In this document: one piece after another, positions 1 to 8,177 of the stretch
How positions within the stretch are numbered: the first letter of the stretch is position 1
Layout of the letters: every line of letters begins with the position of its first letter
Assembly: GCA_937927515.1 (NCBI GenBank)
Contig: CALBDO010000003.1
Span: forward strand, 67,274-131,273
Reading direction: 5' to 3'
Length of the DNA stretch: 64,000 nucleotides
Origin: Candidatus Kapaibacterium sp.
Lineage (GTDB): Bacteria > Bacteroidota > Ignavibacteria > Kapaibacteriales > UBA2268
Position numbers and translations under genes: made by a program
The notes under the pieces: generated by a model
Databases searched by the model: none
What the model was told of the DNA's origin: nothing
Seen by the model: the letters and a program-made list of their open reading frames with translations, nothing else

Positions 1-1619
1 GGCTGTTGTATAGAAACATTTGAATGTAAATTCCCCTTGCTTGCCACAATTGCCAATTGTTCTGTGGCATGGAATGTAGATGGTAAGACAATGTCCGCAA
101 ACATTGTCATTTCGGAGGCGTGGGTCACGCAGTGTACAAAGAATGGAATCTTTTTCATTGCCTCGTCCCACCTTTGCGCACCTGCAACGGAGAAATTAAA
201 ATTGCACCAATAACCAATCGCCATTTTTATTTCATAAGGTTTCTCTTTGAGTATGTTGTTTGCAATATTTGCAGTAACAACACCAGAGCCTAATTTACCA
301 CTTGCCATAGCGGGCATATCGATATCTCCCCGCCCATCAATCTTCTTTTGTGAATTTCCAGTCTTAGCAATATCGTCAAGATAATTATCAACTGCGGGGG
401 TGCTTGCAACTTTATAAGACGGACCGCGTAATGTTCCACCCTCGTTGTCTGCAGAGCCCAAGAGTCCATTAAGTGCATGTATAGCCATAGCTGTATAACT
501 ACCACGTGGAGACATAGCCGGTCCTGGTCCTAACCAATGAATTACCCTTGGAGCAGCTTTACCCATTTCTTTAGCAATTTGTACTATTTTCTCTTTGCTA
601 ATTCCAGTAATTGGCTCAGCCCATTCAGGAGTTTTGTCCTTCAACTCGATGTTCCACCATTTAACAAGACCATAAGTATAATTTTCCTGAAAATCATCTT
701 CGGAAACGATTTGATTAGGTACAAATCGATTTACCCCATCTTTAAAATCACCAACAAATTCTTTGTTCCACAATCCCTCCGTAAGTATCACATGAGCAAA
801 GGCTACTGCCAAAGCCCCGTCTTGACCTGGTATTATCGGTAACCATTCATGGGATTTAGAAGCTGCCGTGGTTAATATTGGGTCAATGGTTACAACCTTT
901 GCTTTCTCGACCATTTTACCCCACTTATTCATCATTCCAGGAACTAAACGATTGGACCGCACAGGGTCTACCCCCCATAGCACTATGTATTTGGAATTCA
1001 TCACATCGTAATCTCGATAACCCCAGTAACCCTCTGTAAAAAATGATCCGGACTTTTCTGCTTCGGCACAAATAGAGCTATGCGAGAAAGAATTTGGTGT
1101 TCCAAGTATTTTCGGCATTGAACTATATACAATACTATTTAGAACAGGTGTATATCTACCACGCAAGAACATGAGCTTGTGTATTTCGCCATTACTACGC
1201 AACTCCATTATTTTGTCTGCAATAATTTCCAACGCTTCGTCCCACGTAATTGGGACAAACTGCGGGTCGACACCTCGACCTTTTAGCGGATTTGTTCGCT
1301 TCAGTGGAACTTTAATCCTATCGGGGTCGTAAGTCATAATTGGAATAAAGTGTCCCCTTGGACAAACATAACCCGGGTTAACTTTGGAATTGTGATTTCC
1401 TCGAACTTTAACCGCTCTTCCATTGATTACAAAGACCTCGATAGGACACCAGGTTGTACAGCCTTGACATGTTGAAGGTATCCATTTACCAACATCTTGC
1501 AAAATCACATCTTTTGTTTTGTTTTGAGAGAACACACGAACAACTGAATTTGCTAAAAGAGCTGTACCAACACCTCCAAGTCCAAGAGCTTTCAAGAAGT
1601 CTCGTCTTTGTATTCTCAT
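1..1619 (-). CDS. arrA: Respiratory arsenate reductase catalytic molybdopterin subunit (5' part; runs off left edge)
   Basis: Not in ORF track; translated by hand from ATG at 1619 (SD GGAGAG): MRIQRRDFLKALG (TAT signal), WIPSTCQGCTTWCP...CPRG ([4Fe-4S]), FLRGRY (ArrA R/KGRY motif, not ArxA GRGWG), SHSSICAEAEK (Mo-ligand Cys region). Confidence 0.92.
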   Translation of the reverse strand, partial: MRIQRRDFLKALGLGGVGTALLANSVVRVFSQNKTKDVILQDVGKWIPSTCQGCTTWCPIEVFVINGRAVKVRGNHNSKVNPGYVCPRGHFIPIMTYDPDRIKVPLKRTNPLKGRGVDPQFVPITWDEALEIIADKIMELRSNGEIHKLMFLRGRYTPVLNSIVYSSMPKILGTPNSFSHSSICAEAEKSGSFFTEGYWGYRDYDVMNSKYIVLWGVDPVRSNRLVPGMMNKWGKMVEKAKVVTIDPILTTAASKSHEWLPIIPGQDGALAVAFAHVILTEGLWNKEFVGDFKDGVNRFVPNQIVSEDDFQENYTYGLVKWWNIELKDKTPEWAEPITGISKEKIVQIAKEMGKAAPRVIHWLGPGPAMSPRGSYTAMAIHALNGLLGSADNEGGTLRGPSYKVASTPAVDNYLDDIAKTGNSQKKIDGRGDIDMPAMASGKLGSGVVTANIANNILKEKPYEIKMAIGYWCNFNFSVAGAQRWDEAMKKIPFFVHCVTHASEMTMFADIVLPSTFHATEQLAIVASKGNLHSNVSIQQ

Positions 1620-1664
1620 ATTCTCTCCATAGGTTTTGTGGATGATATTAAAAATTTATTAATA

Positions 1665-1680
1665 TTCAATTTAAATGCCA
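1665..1680 (-). promoter_or_regulatory. Putative sigma54 -24/-12 promoter of arrA
   Basis: Minus strand TGGCATTTAAATTGAA = GG-N10-GA (consensus TGGCAC-N5-TTGC), about 45 nt upstream of the arrA ATG and next to a sigma54 activator gene. Confidence 0.65.
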
Positions 1681-1767
1681 TAATCAGAAAATTTACATAA
1701 CTTATTCATTTTAAATAAATTACACTAACTATAAATAAATTTAAATCCATTTTAAACAGAGGGGAAA

Positions 1768-1803
1768 GGTACGAATTTTAGTGATTTGGTACGAAATTTC
1801 GTA
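1768..1803. promoter_or_regulatory. Tandem palindromic upstream activator sites (candidate enhancer)
   Basis: Perfect 14-bp palindrome TACGAAATTTCGTA (1790-1803) and imperfect copy TACGAATTTTAGTG (1770-1783), 20 bp apart, 90-125 bp upstream of the -24 box. Confidence 0.55.
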
Positions 1804-1804
1804 A

Positions 1805-3154
1805 TTAATCGGTTAAACCGAACTTTTCCATTTTACTTCGAAGTGTATTTAGGGGAATTTTTAAAAGCCTTGCTGCTTGAGTTTTATTATTGTTTGCTAT
1901 CTTTAGAGCTTTTTGAATTAATTGTATTTCTAATTTATCAAGATATTCGTTCAGAGGTATATCTGGGATTTCCTCATACTTCTTTTCAAAGCTATTGTAT
2001 ATTTCATTAGGCAGGGATTTTAAGTCGATTTCATTGTTATTTGAAAGAAGCACAGTCCTTTCAGCTATGTTTTTTATTTCTCTAATGTTTCCTTTCCAAG
2101 AATACTTTTTCAATACCTCAAAGACTTCTGGATTTACATTCTTCATACCTCCGGCAAACATATTGACAAAATGCTGAAAGAGAACTGGCACGTCCTCAAT
2201 TCGCTCTCTGATAGGTTTTAAATTGATAGGAAAGACATTTAGCCGATAGTACAAATCTTCACGAAATAATCCTTTCTCGCACAATTCGAGCAAATTTTTT
2301 TTAGTTGCAGCAATTATTTTTGTATCCAACTTTATGAGCTTATTACTACCTATTCTTTGAATCTCTCCCTCTTGCAAAAATCTTAGTAATTTCACTTGCA
2401 AATCCAATGGTATATCATCTACATCATCGAGAAAAACTGTACCACCGTTTGCTTGCTCTAACTTCCCAATTCTATCTCTGATTGCCCCGGTAAACGAGCC
2501 TTTGATATGTCCAAATAATTCACTTTCGAACATTTCCCGGGGCAGTATGGCACAACTAACCTTGACAAAAGGTTGGTCTTTACGTGGACTATTATAGTGT
2601 ATAATGTTTGCAACTAATTCTTTGCCCGTACCAGTTTCTCCACATATCAACACCGGAGAGTTCGAATTGGCAGCGTAATGCAAAAGTTTTCTAAGTTCAC
2701 GAACAAATTCAGAAACGCCAATATAACTTTCAAATGAATATTTGCTCTGTTGATGTATATTGTAAGAAACAACTCGTGATTTTAGATTATTAAATTCTAT
2801 TAACTTTTCTATATTAATAAGTAATTCTTCTGTTGTAAATGGTTTGACAAGATAATTAAATGCACCTAATTTCATTGCTTGAATTGCAGTGTCAATAGAA
2901 CCATATGCTGTAATAACTAATATTCCCATGTGAGGTTGAATTTTCTTAAGAGTTTGAAGAAGCTCCAATCCATTCATGTCCGGTAAACGTAGGTCAGTTA
3001 TAATTATGTCAATCGGATTGCTGTCTGCATAAACAAGACAATCCTTTGCATTCGAAAAAGTAACGACTTCGTACCCATTATCTTTAAGTTCATCTGATAG
3101 AGTTATACGAATGATTTCCTCGTCTTCGACCAAGCAGATATTAAATTCTTTCAT
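1805..3154 (-). CDS. Sigma54-dependent response regulator (NtrC family; ArrR/AioR-like by context)
   Basis: Receiver (ITDLRLPDMNG), AAA+ Walker A GETGTGKE, ESELFGHIKGSFTGA, C-terminal Fis-type HTH (NKTQAARLLKI). Confidence 0.92.
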   Translation of the reverse strand: MKEFNICLVEDEEIIRITLSDELKDNGYEVVTFSNAKDCLVYADSNPIDIIITDLRLPDMNGLELLQTLKKIQPHMGILVITAYGSIDTAIQAMKLGAFNYLVKPFTTEELLINIEKLIEFNNLKSRVVSYNIHQQSKYSFESYIGVSEFVRELRKLLHYAANSNSPVLICGETGTGKELVANIIHYNSPRKDQPFVKVSCAILPREMFESELFGHIKGSFTGAIRDRIGKLEQANGGTVFLDDVDDIPLDLQVKLLRFLQEGEIQRIGSNKLIKLDTKIIAATKKNLLELCEKGLFREDLYYRLNVFPINLKPIRERIEDVPVLFQHFVNMFAGGMKNVNPEVFEVLKKYSWKGNIREIKNIAERTVLLSNNNEIDLKSLPNEIYNSFEKKYEEIPDIPLNEYLDKLEIQLIQKALKIANNNKTQAARLLKIPLNTLRSKMEKFGLTD

Positions 3155-4676
3155 TTTGAGAAACTCTACTAAATTTAATTTTTACCCAAGTTCCATTGCC
3201 AAAGTCAGAATGAAGCTCTATCTCAGCATTGTGTAGGTTTAAAATGTTTTGAACCACTGATAATCCTAAACCTGTTCCTTTACTACCTTTGGTAGTGTAA
3301 AATGTTTCGAACACTTTGTTAATATCTTCTTGATGTATACCAATACCATTGTCTTCAATTATAACTTCCACCGAGTTTGAGAAATCCGACACCGTGATTC
3401 GAATTTCTTTTTCACTTCTATCTTTGACTTCTGAAAATTTTTGGTCTATTGCTTCGATACTGTTGATTAAAAGATTAACAAAAACCTGTTCCAAATGTTG
3501 AAAGCTTCCAAATATATCATCATTAGAGGCTTTGTAATTTTTTTTTATCTTAATGTTACTTTCACTGAGCCTATGTGATACAAGAAGAAGAGATTTTTCA
3601 ATTATTTCAACTAATTTAACTTTTGTAAAACTTATATCCTGTTTCCTAGTGAAATTCATTAAATTAGTAATCACAAACTGTATTTTCATTGCAGACTCTT
3701 CCATCAAATCAAGGTATTTGAACAGTTGCTCTTGATTATACGGATTTCTTTTTAATCTATAAATCGAATTCAAAATACCAGCTACTGGATTATTAATGTC
3801 GTGAGCCAAACCAGCAGCAAGCACACCAATAGTAGACATTTTTTCTAATTGCATAAGTTGAGTTTGCATTTGTTGCAATTTAATATGCTTACTTATTAAA
3901 CCATCAACCATCCGTTGGAAATTGCTTATCAAATTATCAATTTCGTCCAACACGATAAATTTTTCAAAAAAATGATTTGTCCTTGCAATCTTCTTAAAAT
4001 CTACGGATGTTTCGTCAGGTAGATTACTTAAATCAAAATTTTGTGAGTACTCGTCAAGTCGTTTAATTGGTTTTGAAATATAGTTAGAAAACACAAATGC
4101 TCCAAAAATTCCAACTACAAAGAAAGCCAAAATCATAATTAAAAAAATCCTCATATTCTTTTGAACACCTTTTTCTATGTTTTTTATGTTAAGTCCCACA
4201 AAAAGATAGCCAAGACTACCCTTTAGAATTGGCTTATTTGCTTGGATAACCTCTAACCTTTCGTTGTGGCAAAACGTTGGATATTCCGACATGGACTTGC
4301 AACTATCAGAACACTTGTAATTTTGATTTATTAAATCCTGCATTGTTAGATCGTACGTACTTGCAATAACGACATTATTCATATTCTCCAATATTATAAA
4401 TTTTATGGAGCTATCACTGGACCTTGCTGAACTCAAGATTGTTTGAATTATTGAGGAATCCTTTTCAATTAAGCTGTTAGTCAATTGTTCAGAAATTGTG
4501 TTGGTGATAAAATTTAAGCGATTTAATAATTCACTTTCCAAAGTTTTTTTAAAATTCTCGTTGATTAATGTGTAGTTTATTGTCCCAAATACAATGACGC
4601 TTATAGTTAATGCAATTGCAAACTTCCAGAATAGAGGCAGATAAAATTTTCTTTTATAGAGTACTGGCTTTTTCAT
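3141..4676 (-). CDS. Membrane sensor histidine kinase (ArrS/AioS-like by context)
   Basis: Two TM helices, periplasmic domain, HAMP, H-box LAHDINNP, N/G1/F/G2 boxes; overlaps the regulator by 14 nt; ATG at 4676 or GTG at 4682. Confidence 0.9.
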   Translation of the reverse strand: MKKPVLYKRKFYLPLFWKFAIALTISVIVFGTINYTLINENFKKTLESELLNRLNFITNTISEQLTNSLIEKDSSIIQTILSSARSSDSSIKFIILENMNNVVIASTYDLTMQDLINQNYKCSDSCKSMSEYPTFCHNERLEVIQANKPILKGSLGYLFVGLNIKNIEKGVQKNMRIFLIMILAFFVVGIFGAFVFSNYISKPIKRLDEYSQNFDLSNLPDETSVDFKKIARTNHFFEKFIVLDEIDNLISNFQRMVDGLISKHIKLQQMQTQLMQLEKMSTIGVLAAGLAHDINNPVAGILNSIYRLKRNPYNQEQLFKYLDLMEESAMKIQFVITNLMNFTRKQDISFTKVKLVEIIEKSLLLVSHRLSESNIKIKKNYKASNDDIFGSFQHLEQVFVNLLINSIEAIDQKFSEVKDRSEKEIRITVSDFSNSVEVIIEDNGIGIHQEDINKVFETFYTTKGSKGTGLGLSVVQNILNLHNAEIELHSDFGNGTWVKIKFSRVSQNERI

Positions 4677-5341
4677 AATCACTTGCCAACTATAACCAAA
4701 TATATTAATTTAAACTTTGCTGAGAAATTTCTTTTGCTTTTTTACATTGCATAGTTTTTAGTTGATACCTTCATCTGTAATTGATAGTATTAAAAAATTT
4801 GGTAAAGGTTCAATTTCATCTACATTTTAAGCAATTTCAGAAATTTCTAACCGACATACAAAGAAATCAACTTTCCGACTAATCGAACATAGCCTTAACC
4901 TTTTGTATATTTTCATGGTGTTTATATTATTTAATCCAAACTTGAAACAATTTTTTGCATTCCGAAAATTAAAGGCTGAACCACTATTTGGGTAATTATT
5001 GTACGCTCTATCCTTAATTCATGTAAAATCAAACTCGGGCTCTTCCTTAGTTCAAAAACATATCTCTAAGCAAATAAATTAAAACAAAAAAACACGGAAT
5101 TAAAAGTTTGGAAAGCAATTTTATTGCTCCAATGAATGTGAAACCAAAATCCTTCGAACTGTATTTCACCTGTTATTTTTAAGTATTTTAAATATCTAAT
5201 TGCGACTTTTTTGCAAAAGAACTTTTTGGTATTAAATTGAAAATTACTAATGGGTAAAATTTTATGGAAGTCCACAGCCTAAATATATTTTTTAAAACAC
5301 CCGTTCGAACATGTATTCACAAGAAGATTATTGAAAATGGC

Positions 5342-5566
5342 TTAACCACATCCATTAGGACCACAGCTGGGACCACAAACTACAGGTGAAGTAGAGCGCT
5401 TATTAGTCTGGCCACTCAAAATAGCAAAATTCCCTAAAACCTGAATTACCTCTTCAGAGCCACAGTATGGGCAGTCGGGGTTTTTACCCTTTTCCTTTTC
5501 AGATAGTGACATTGTAATTTCAAATTTTTGGACACATTTTTTACAAATATATTCATATGTAGGCAT
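5342..5566 (-). CDS. FmdB-family zinc-ribbon protein with Cys-rich tail
   Basis: MPTYEYICKKC...CPYCGS; C-terminus VCGPSCGPNGCG; SD AGGAGG. Confidence 0.85.
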   Translation of the reverse strand: MPTYEYICKKCVQKFEITMSLSEKEKGKNPDCPYCGSEEVIQVLGNFAILSGQTNKRSTSPVVCGPSCGPNGCG

Positions 5567-5722
5567 ATAAAACCCTCCTAATTATGACGACCACAATCAA
5601 GTTCTTTCATTTACATCAAATTAAATTACTTTTTGTATCTATAAACAAAAAGATAAAATTAAATTATATTTTAATTCATTTTCATTTTCACTCAAAATTA
5701 AAGAAATTTTCATTTGTATTAC

Positions 5723-6085
5723 TTAATTATTCAAGTCATTAATTGGTAAAGCATTTAAGGATTCCAACAAGTTGTCTTCCGATGTGGGCATGCCAACAGC
5801 AACAATTTTTTCATCTACAGATATAATTGGCAAGCACCCCCAGCCAAGTGCTCTAACAAGTGAAACAACGTCACGATTATTTTTTTGTACTTCCTTGTCT
5901 AGCAAATTCAACACCTCGATGTCAACATTATAACGCTTTTTTATTGTGTTAGTAAGCCAGTTTACTTCATCATCGCTTAATCCAATGGGACCACAACAAG
6001 ATGATTGAGGTCCACATGGAAACTGCTGAGGTATCATAAAAATTTTTACTACAGGATTGTTTTTTCCAACCTCTTCCATTTTCAT
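5723..6085 (-). CDS. ArsD-like arsenic metallochaperone (thioredoxin-like fold)
   Basis: 120 aa; PCGPQSSCCGPIG near the N-terminus; DIEVLNL and GCLPIISVDEKIVAVGMP resemble ArsD (IERFNL, GLPLLLLDGETVMAGRYP); arsenic context. Confidence 0.65.
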   Translation of the reverse strand: MKMEEVGKNNPVVKIFMIPQQFPCGPQSSCCGPIGLSDDEVNWLTNTIKKRYNVDIEVLNLLDKEVQKNNRDVVSLVRALGWGCLPIISVDEKIVAVGMPTSEDNLLESLNALPINDLNN

Positions 6086-6099
6086 AACTTCCCTCCTAA

Positions 6100-7407
6100 T
6101 TAAAATAAATTAAAAATATATCCAGCAATTACACAACCAATAAAACTCACTCCAACATATAACCATAAAACTTTTGGCTTGAAAACACCAGACAGCATTA
6201 TTATTGAAGGTAACGATAAACCAGGACCACCAAGTAAGTAACTCAAAGTTGCACCACCTCCCATCCCTTTATGTATTAATGCAAGTGCAGTTGGAACCTC
6301 CACATATGTACACACATACGCTAATACAGCAATAAAAGAAGCAATCAAAACCGAATCCAAACTCTTACCACCAACAAAATTTATAATCAAGTTTGTTGGA
6401 ATTAAAACTTTTATTGCACCTGCAATTAAAACTGCTAAAACAAGATAATAATTTAACTGCAAGAAAAAATCCCATGCAGTAGTGATTAAATTTCTTATCT
6501 TCTGTCTAAAAGGTACCTCCGTATCGCCTGTTGGTAAAACAAAACAGGCTCCAGTTACATCCATTGTAACATTAGTTGTTTGTGGAATATACCATTTACC
6601 TTCCTTATTCCTATCAAGTACTCCTGCTTCGCCTAGAAGGTATAATTTATCTTCTTCATTAGGAGCAAGCTCGTTAGTAGTGAGTCCTTGAGGATTCGCA
6701 ACAAGTTTTTTCCCCACTTCGAAAGCAAATAGTTGGAGTTCTTTTGGAAGAGAAGGTTTTACATTAACTTTAATTAATCTTCGCAAGAACCTCTCCTTTT
6801 TTTGCCAATAGGATGTAACCTGACCAACCAAAAGAGCAATTAGAAAAGTGCCGAGAATCCTACCAATTGCTAATTTCCAACCAAGAACAGAAGCAGTCAT
6901 AAATACAGCTGGGATATTCAACATTGGTGCAGCAATAAGAAATGCCATTGTTGCTCCTAATGGAATACCCGCTTGAACCATGCCAGCAAGTACTGGAACA
7001 ATACCACAGGAACAAATTGGGATTATTGCCCCCGAAATAGCAGCGACAAAATTAGCACCAATACCGCCGTAGCCCATTTTCTTCTTAACCTTTTCCCAAG
7101 GAACAAATACTACCAATGCCGATGCTAATAACATCCCTACAATCCAGTACTGAAATAATTCAACAAGTACTGCTGAACCTTTGATGTAGATGAACCATAA
7201 AGTTTCGAATATATTCAACGAAGGGGGTGTAGCTATTTCTTTTAGTCTAACCTCCTCTCCAGTTATCCCTTTTTCCTGAAGAAGGCCGTATTCGTAGAGC
7301 GAAGTGAACGATAAATCATTATAATAGACGTAAAATAATGCACTGGCATAGAGAATAAAAATTGCTAAAAGGTAATATAGCTCTTTTTTTGTAGGTTTCC
7401 TAAACAT
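6100..7407 (-). CDS. arsP: ArsP/DUF318-family permease with central soluble insertion
   Basis: Two hydrophobic halves with PICSCGIVP and YVCTYVEVP motifs, GIPLGATMAFLIAAP; lies between acr3 and the ArsD-like gene. Confidence 0.8.
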   Translation of the reverse strand: MFRKPTKKELYYLLAIFILYASALFYVYYNDLSFTSLYEYGLLQEKGITGEEVRLKEIATPPSLNIFETLWFIYIKGSAVLVELFQYWIVGMLLASALVVFVPWEKVKKKMGYGGIGANFVAAISGAIIPICSCGIVPVLAGMVQAGIPLGATMAFLIAAPMLNIPAVFMTASVLGWKLAIGRILGTFLIALLVGQVTSYWQKKERFLRRLIKVNVKPSLPKELQLFAFEVGKKLVANPQGLTTNELAPNEEDKLYLLGEAGVLDRNKEGKWYIPQTTNVTMDVTGACFVLPTGDTEVPFRQKIRNLITTAWDFFLQLNYYLVLAVLIAGAIKVLIPTNLIINFVGGKSLDSVLIASFIAVLAYVCTYVEVPTALALIHKGMGGGATLSYLLGGPGLSLPSIIMLSGVFKPKVLWLYVGVSFIGCVIAGYIFNLF

Positions 7408-7739
7408 TAATTACCCCTCTGATACTTGATAAAATATTTAAACGGTTAAAAATAATGAACATTTTCTTAAAATTTTGCTAATTTTTTTGGACCTAAATTT
7501 GTTCAATTATTATATGAATAAGCAGTTCTTATAATACAACTATTTAGCACCGTTTCAAACAAGCTAAAAAGGAAATTCCATCAATAAGTAAAATAGTCAT
7601 TTTGATAAAGTTTAAAAAAGTTTAATGCATCCATGTGTAATGGAACGATTAATTATTCTTATCTGGATGATGAAAGATAATTGCTTTGTATATTTCTGAG
7701 TGCATTTTAAAAAATCTCGCTTTCTCACTTGACAAAAAA

Positions 7740-7960
7740 TAAATCGTGCTTCTTACCAATTCTTTGGAGTTGTCGGGAATGACAAAGGTATAATTAATCC
7801 TACACCATCTTTGTCCAAAAAGGTTATTATTTCGTTCTGTAAGTTATTCCCAAAGGATATACATACAATTAAAATTTGAATAATTACACGACTTGTTTCA
7901 TATTAAAACCTTTACTTTCCAGTTTCTGGAAATTCTGTTCTGTACTTCAAGAAGAAACGA
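7740..7960 (-). pseudogene. Possible decayed universal stress protein remnant
   Basis: Broken minus-strand peptides QNFQKLESKGFNMKQVV* and ISFGNNLQNEIITFLDKDGVGLII resemble a USP C-terminal half; usp often follows acr3; stops and frameshifts present. Confidence 0.2.
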
Positions 7961-8177
7961 GATAATTTTTACAATTACTTAAATTTAACTTTTCATCATA
8001 CCTATTAAAAGCATAGATAAAATTACAGTAAAACTTTAAAAATGAATTTAAAATTTGGGTCAGATTTTGATTAAAAGGTATTCTTTATATGTTGAATTTT
8101 AGGGAATTAAATTTAATTCCTGTAACTATTGCCAAATAATAGAATATTACAAGCAATTATTGTAATGTTGTAAAAAA

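Noticed and set aside
1..1619. Alternative call as ArxA, AioA or PsrA
   Set aside because: RGRY and SHSSICAEAEK with CQGCTTWC fit ArrA; ArxA has GRGWG, and AioA lacks its own TAT leader
290..1645. Short ORFs 290..505, 537..842 and 1454..1645 in the track
   Set aside because: Shadow frames of arrA, which the track missed because it has no stop inside the window
5066..5275. 69-aa ORF in the island spacer
   Set aside because: No SD, no recognisable motif, low-complexity AT-rich translation
5342..7407. Selenocysteine read-through in the Cys-rich arsenic genes
   Set aside because: These ORFs end in TAA and have no in-frame TGA at motif positions
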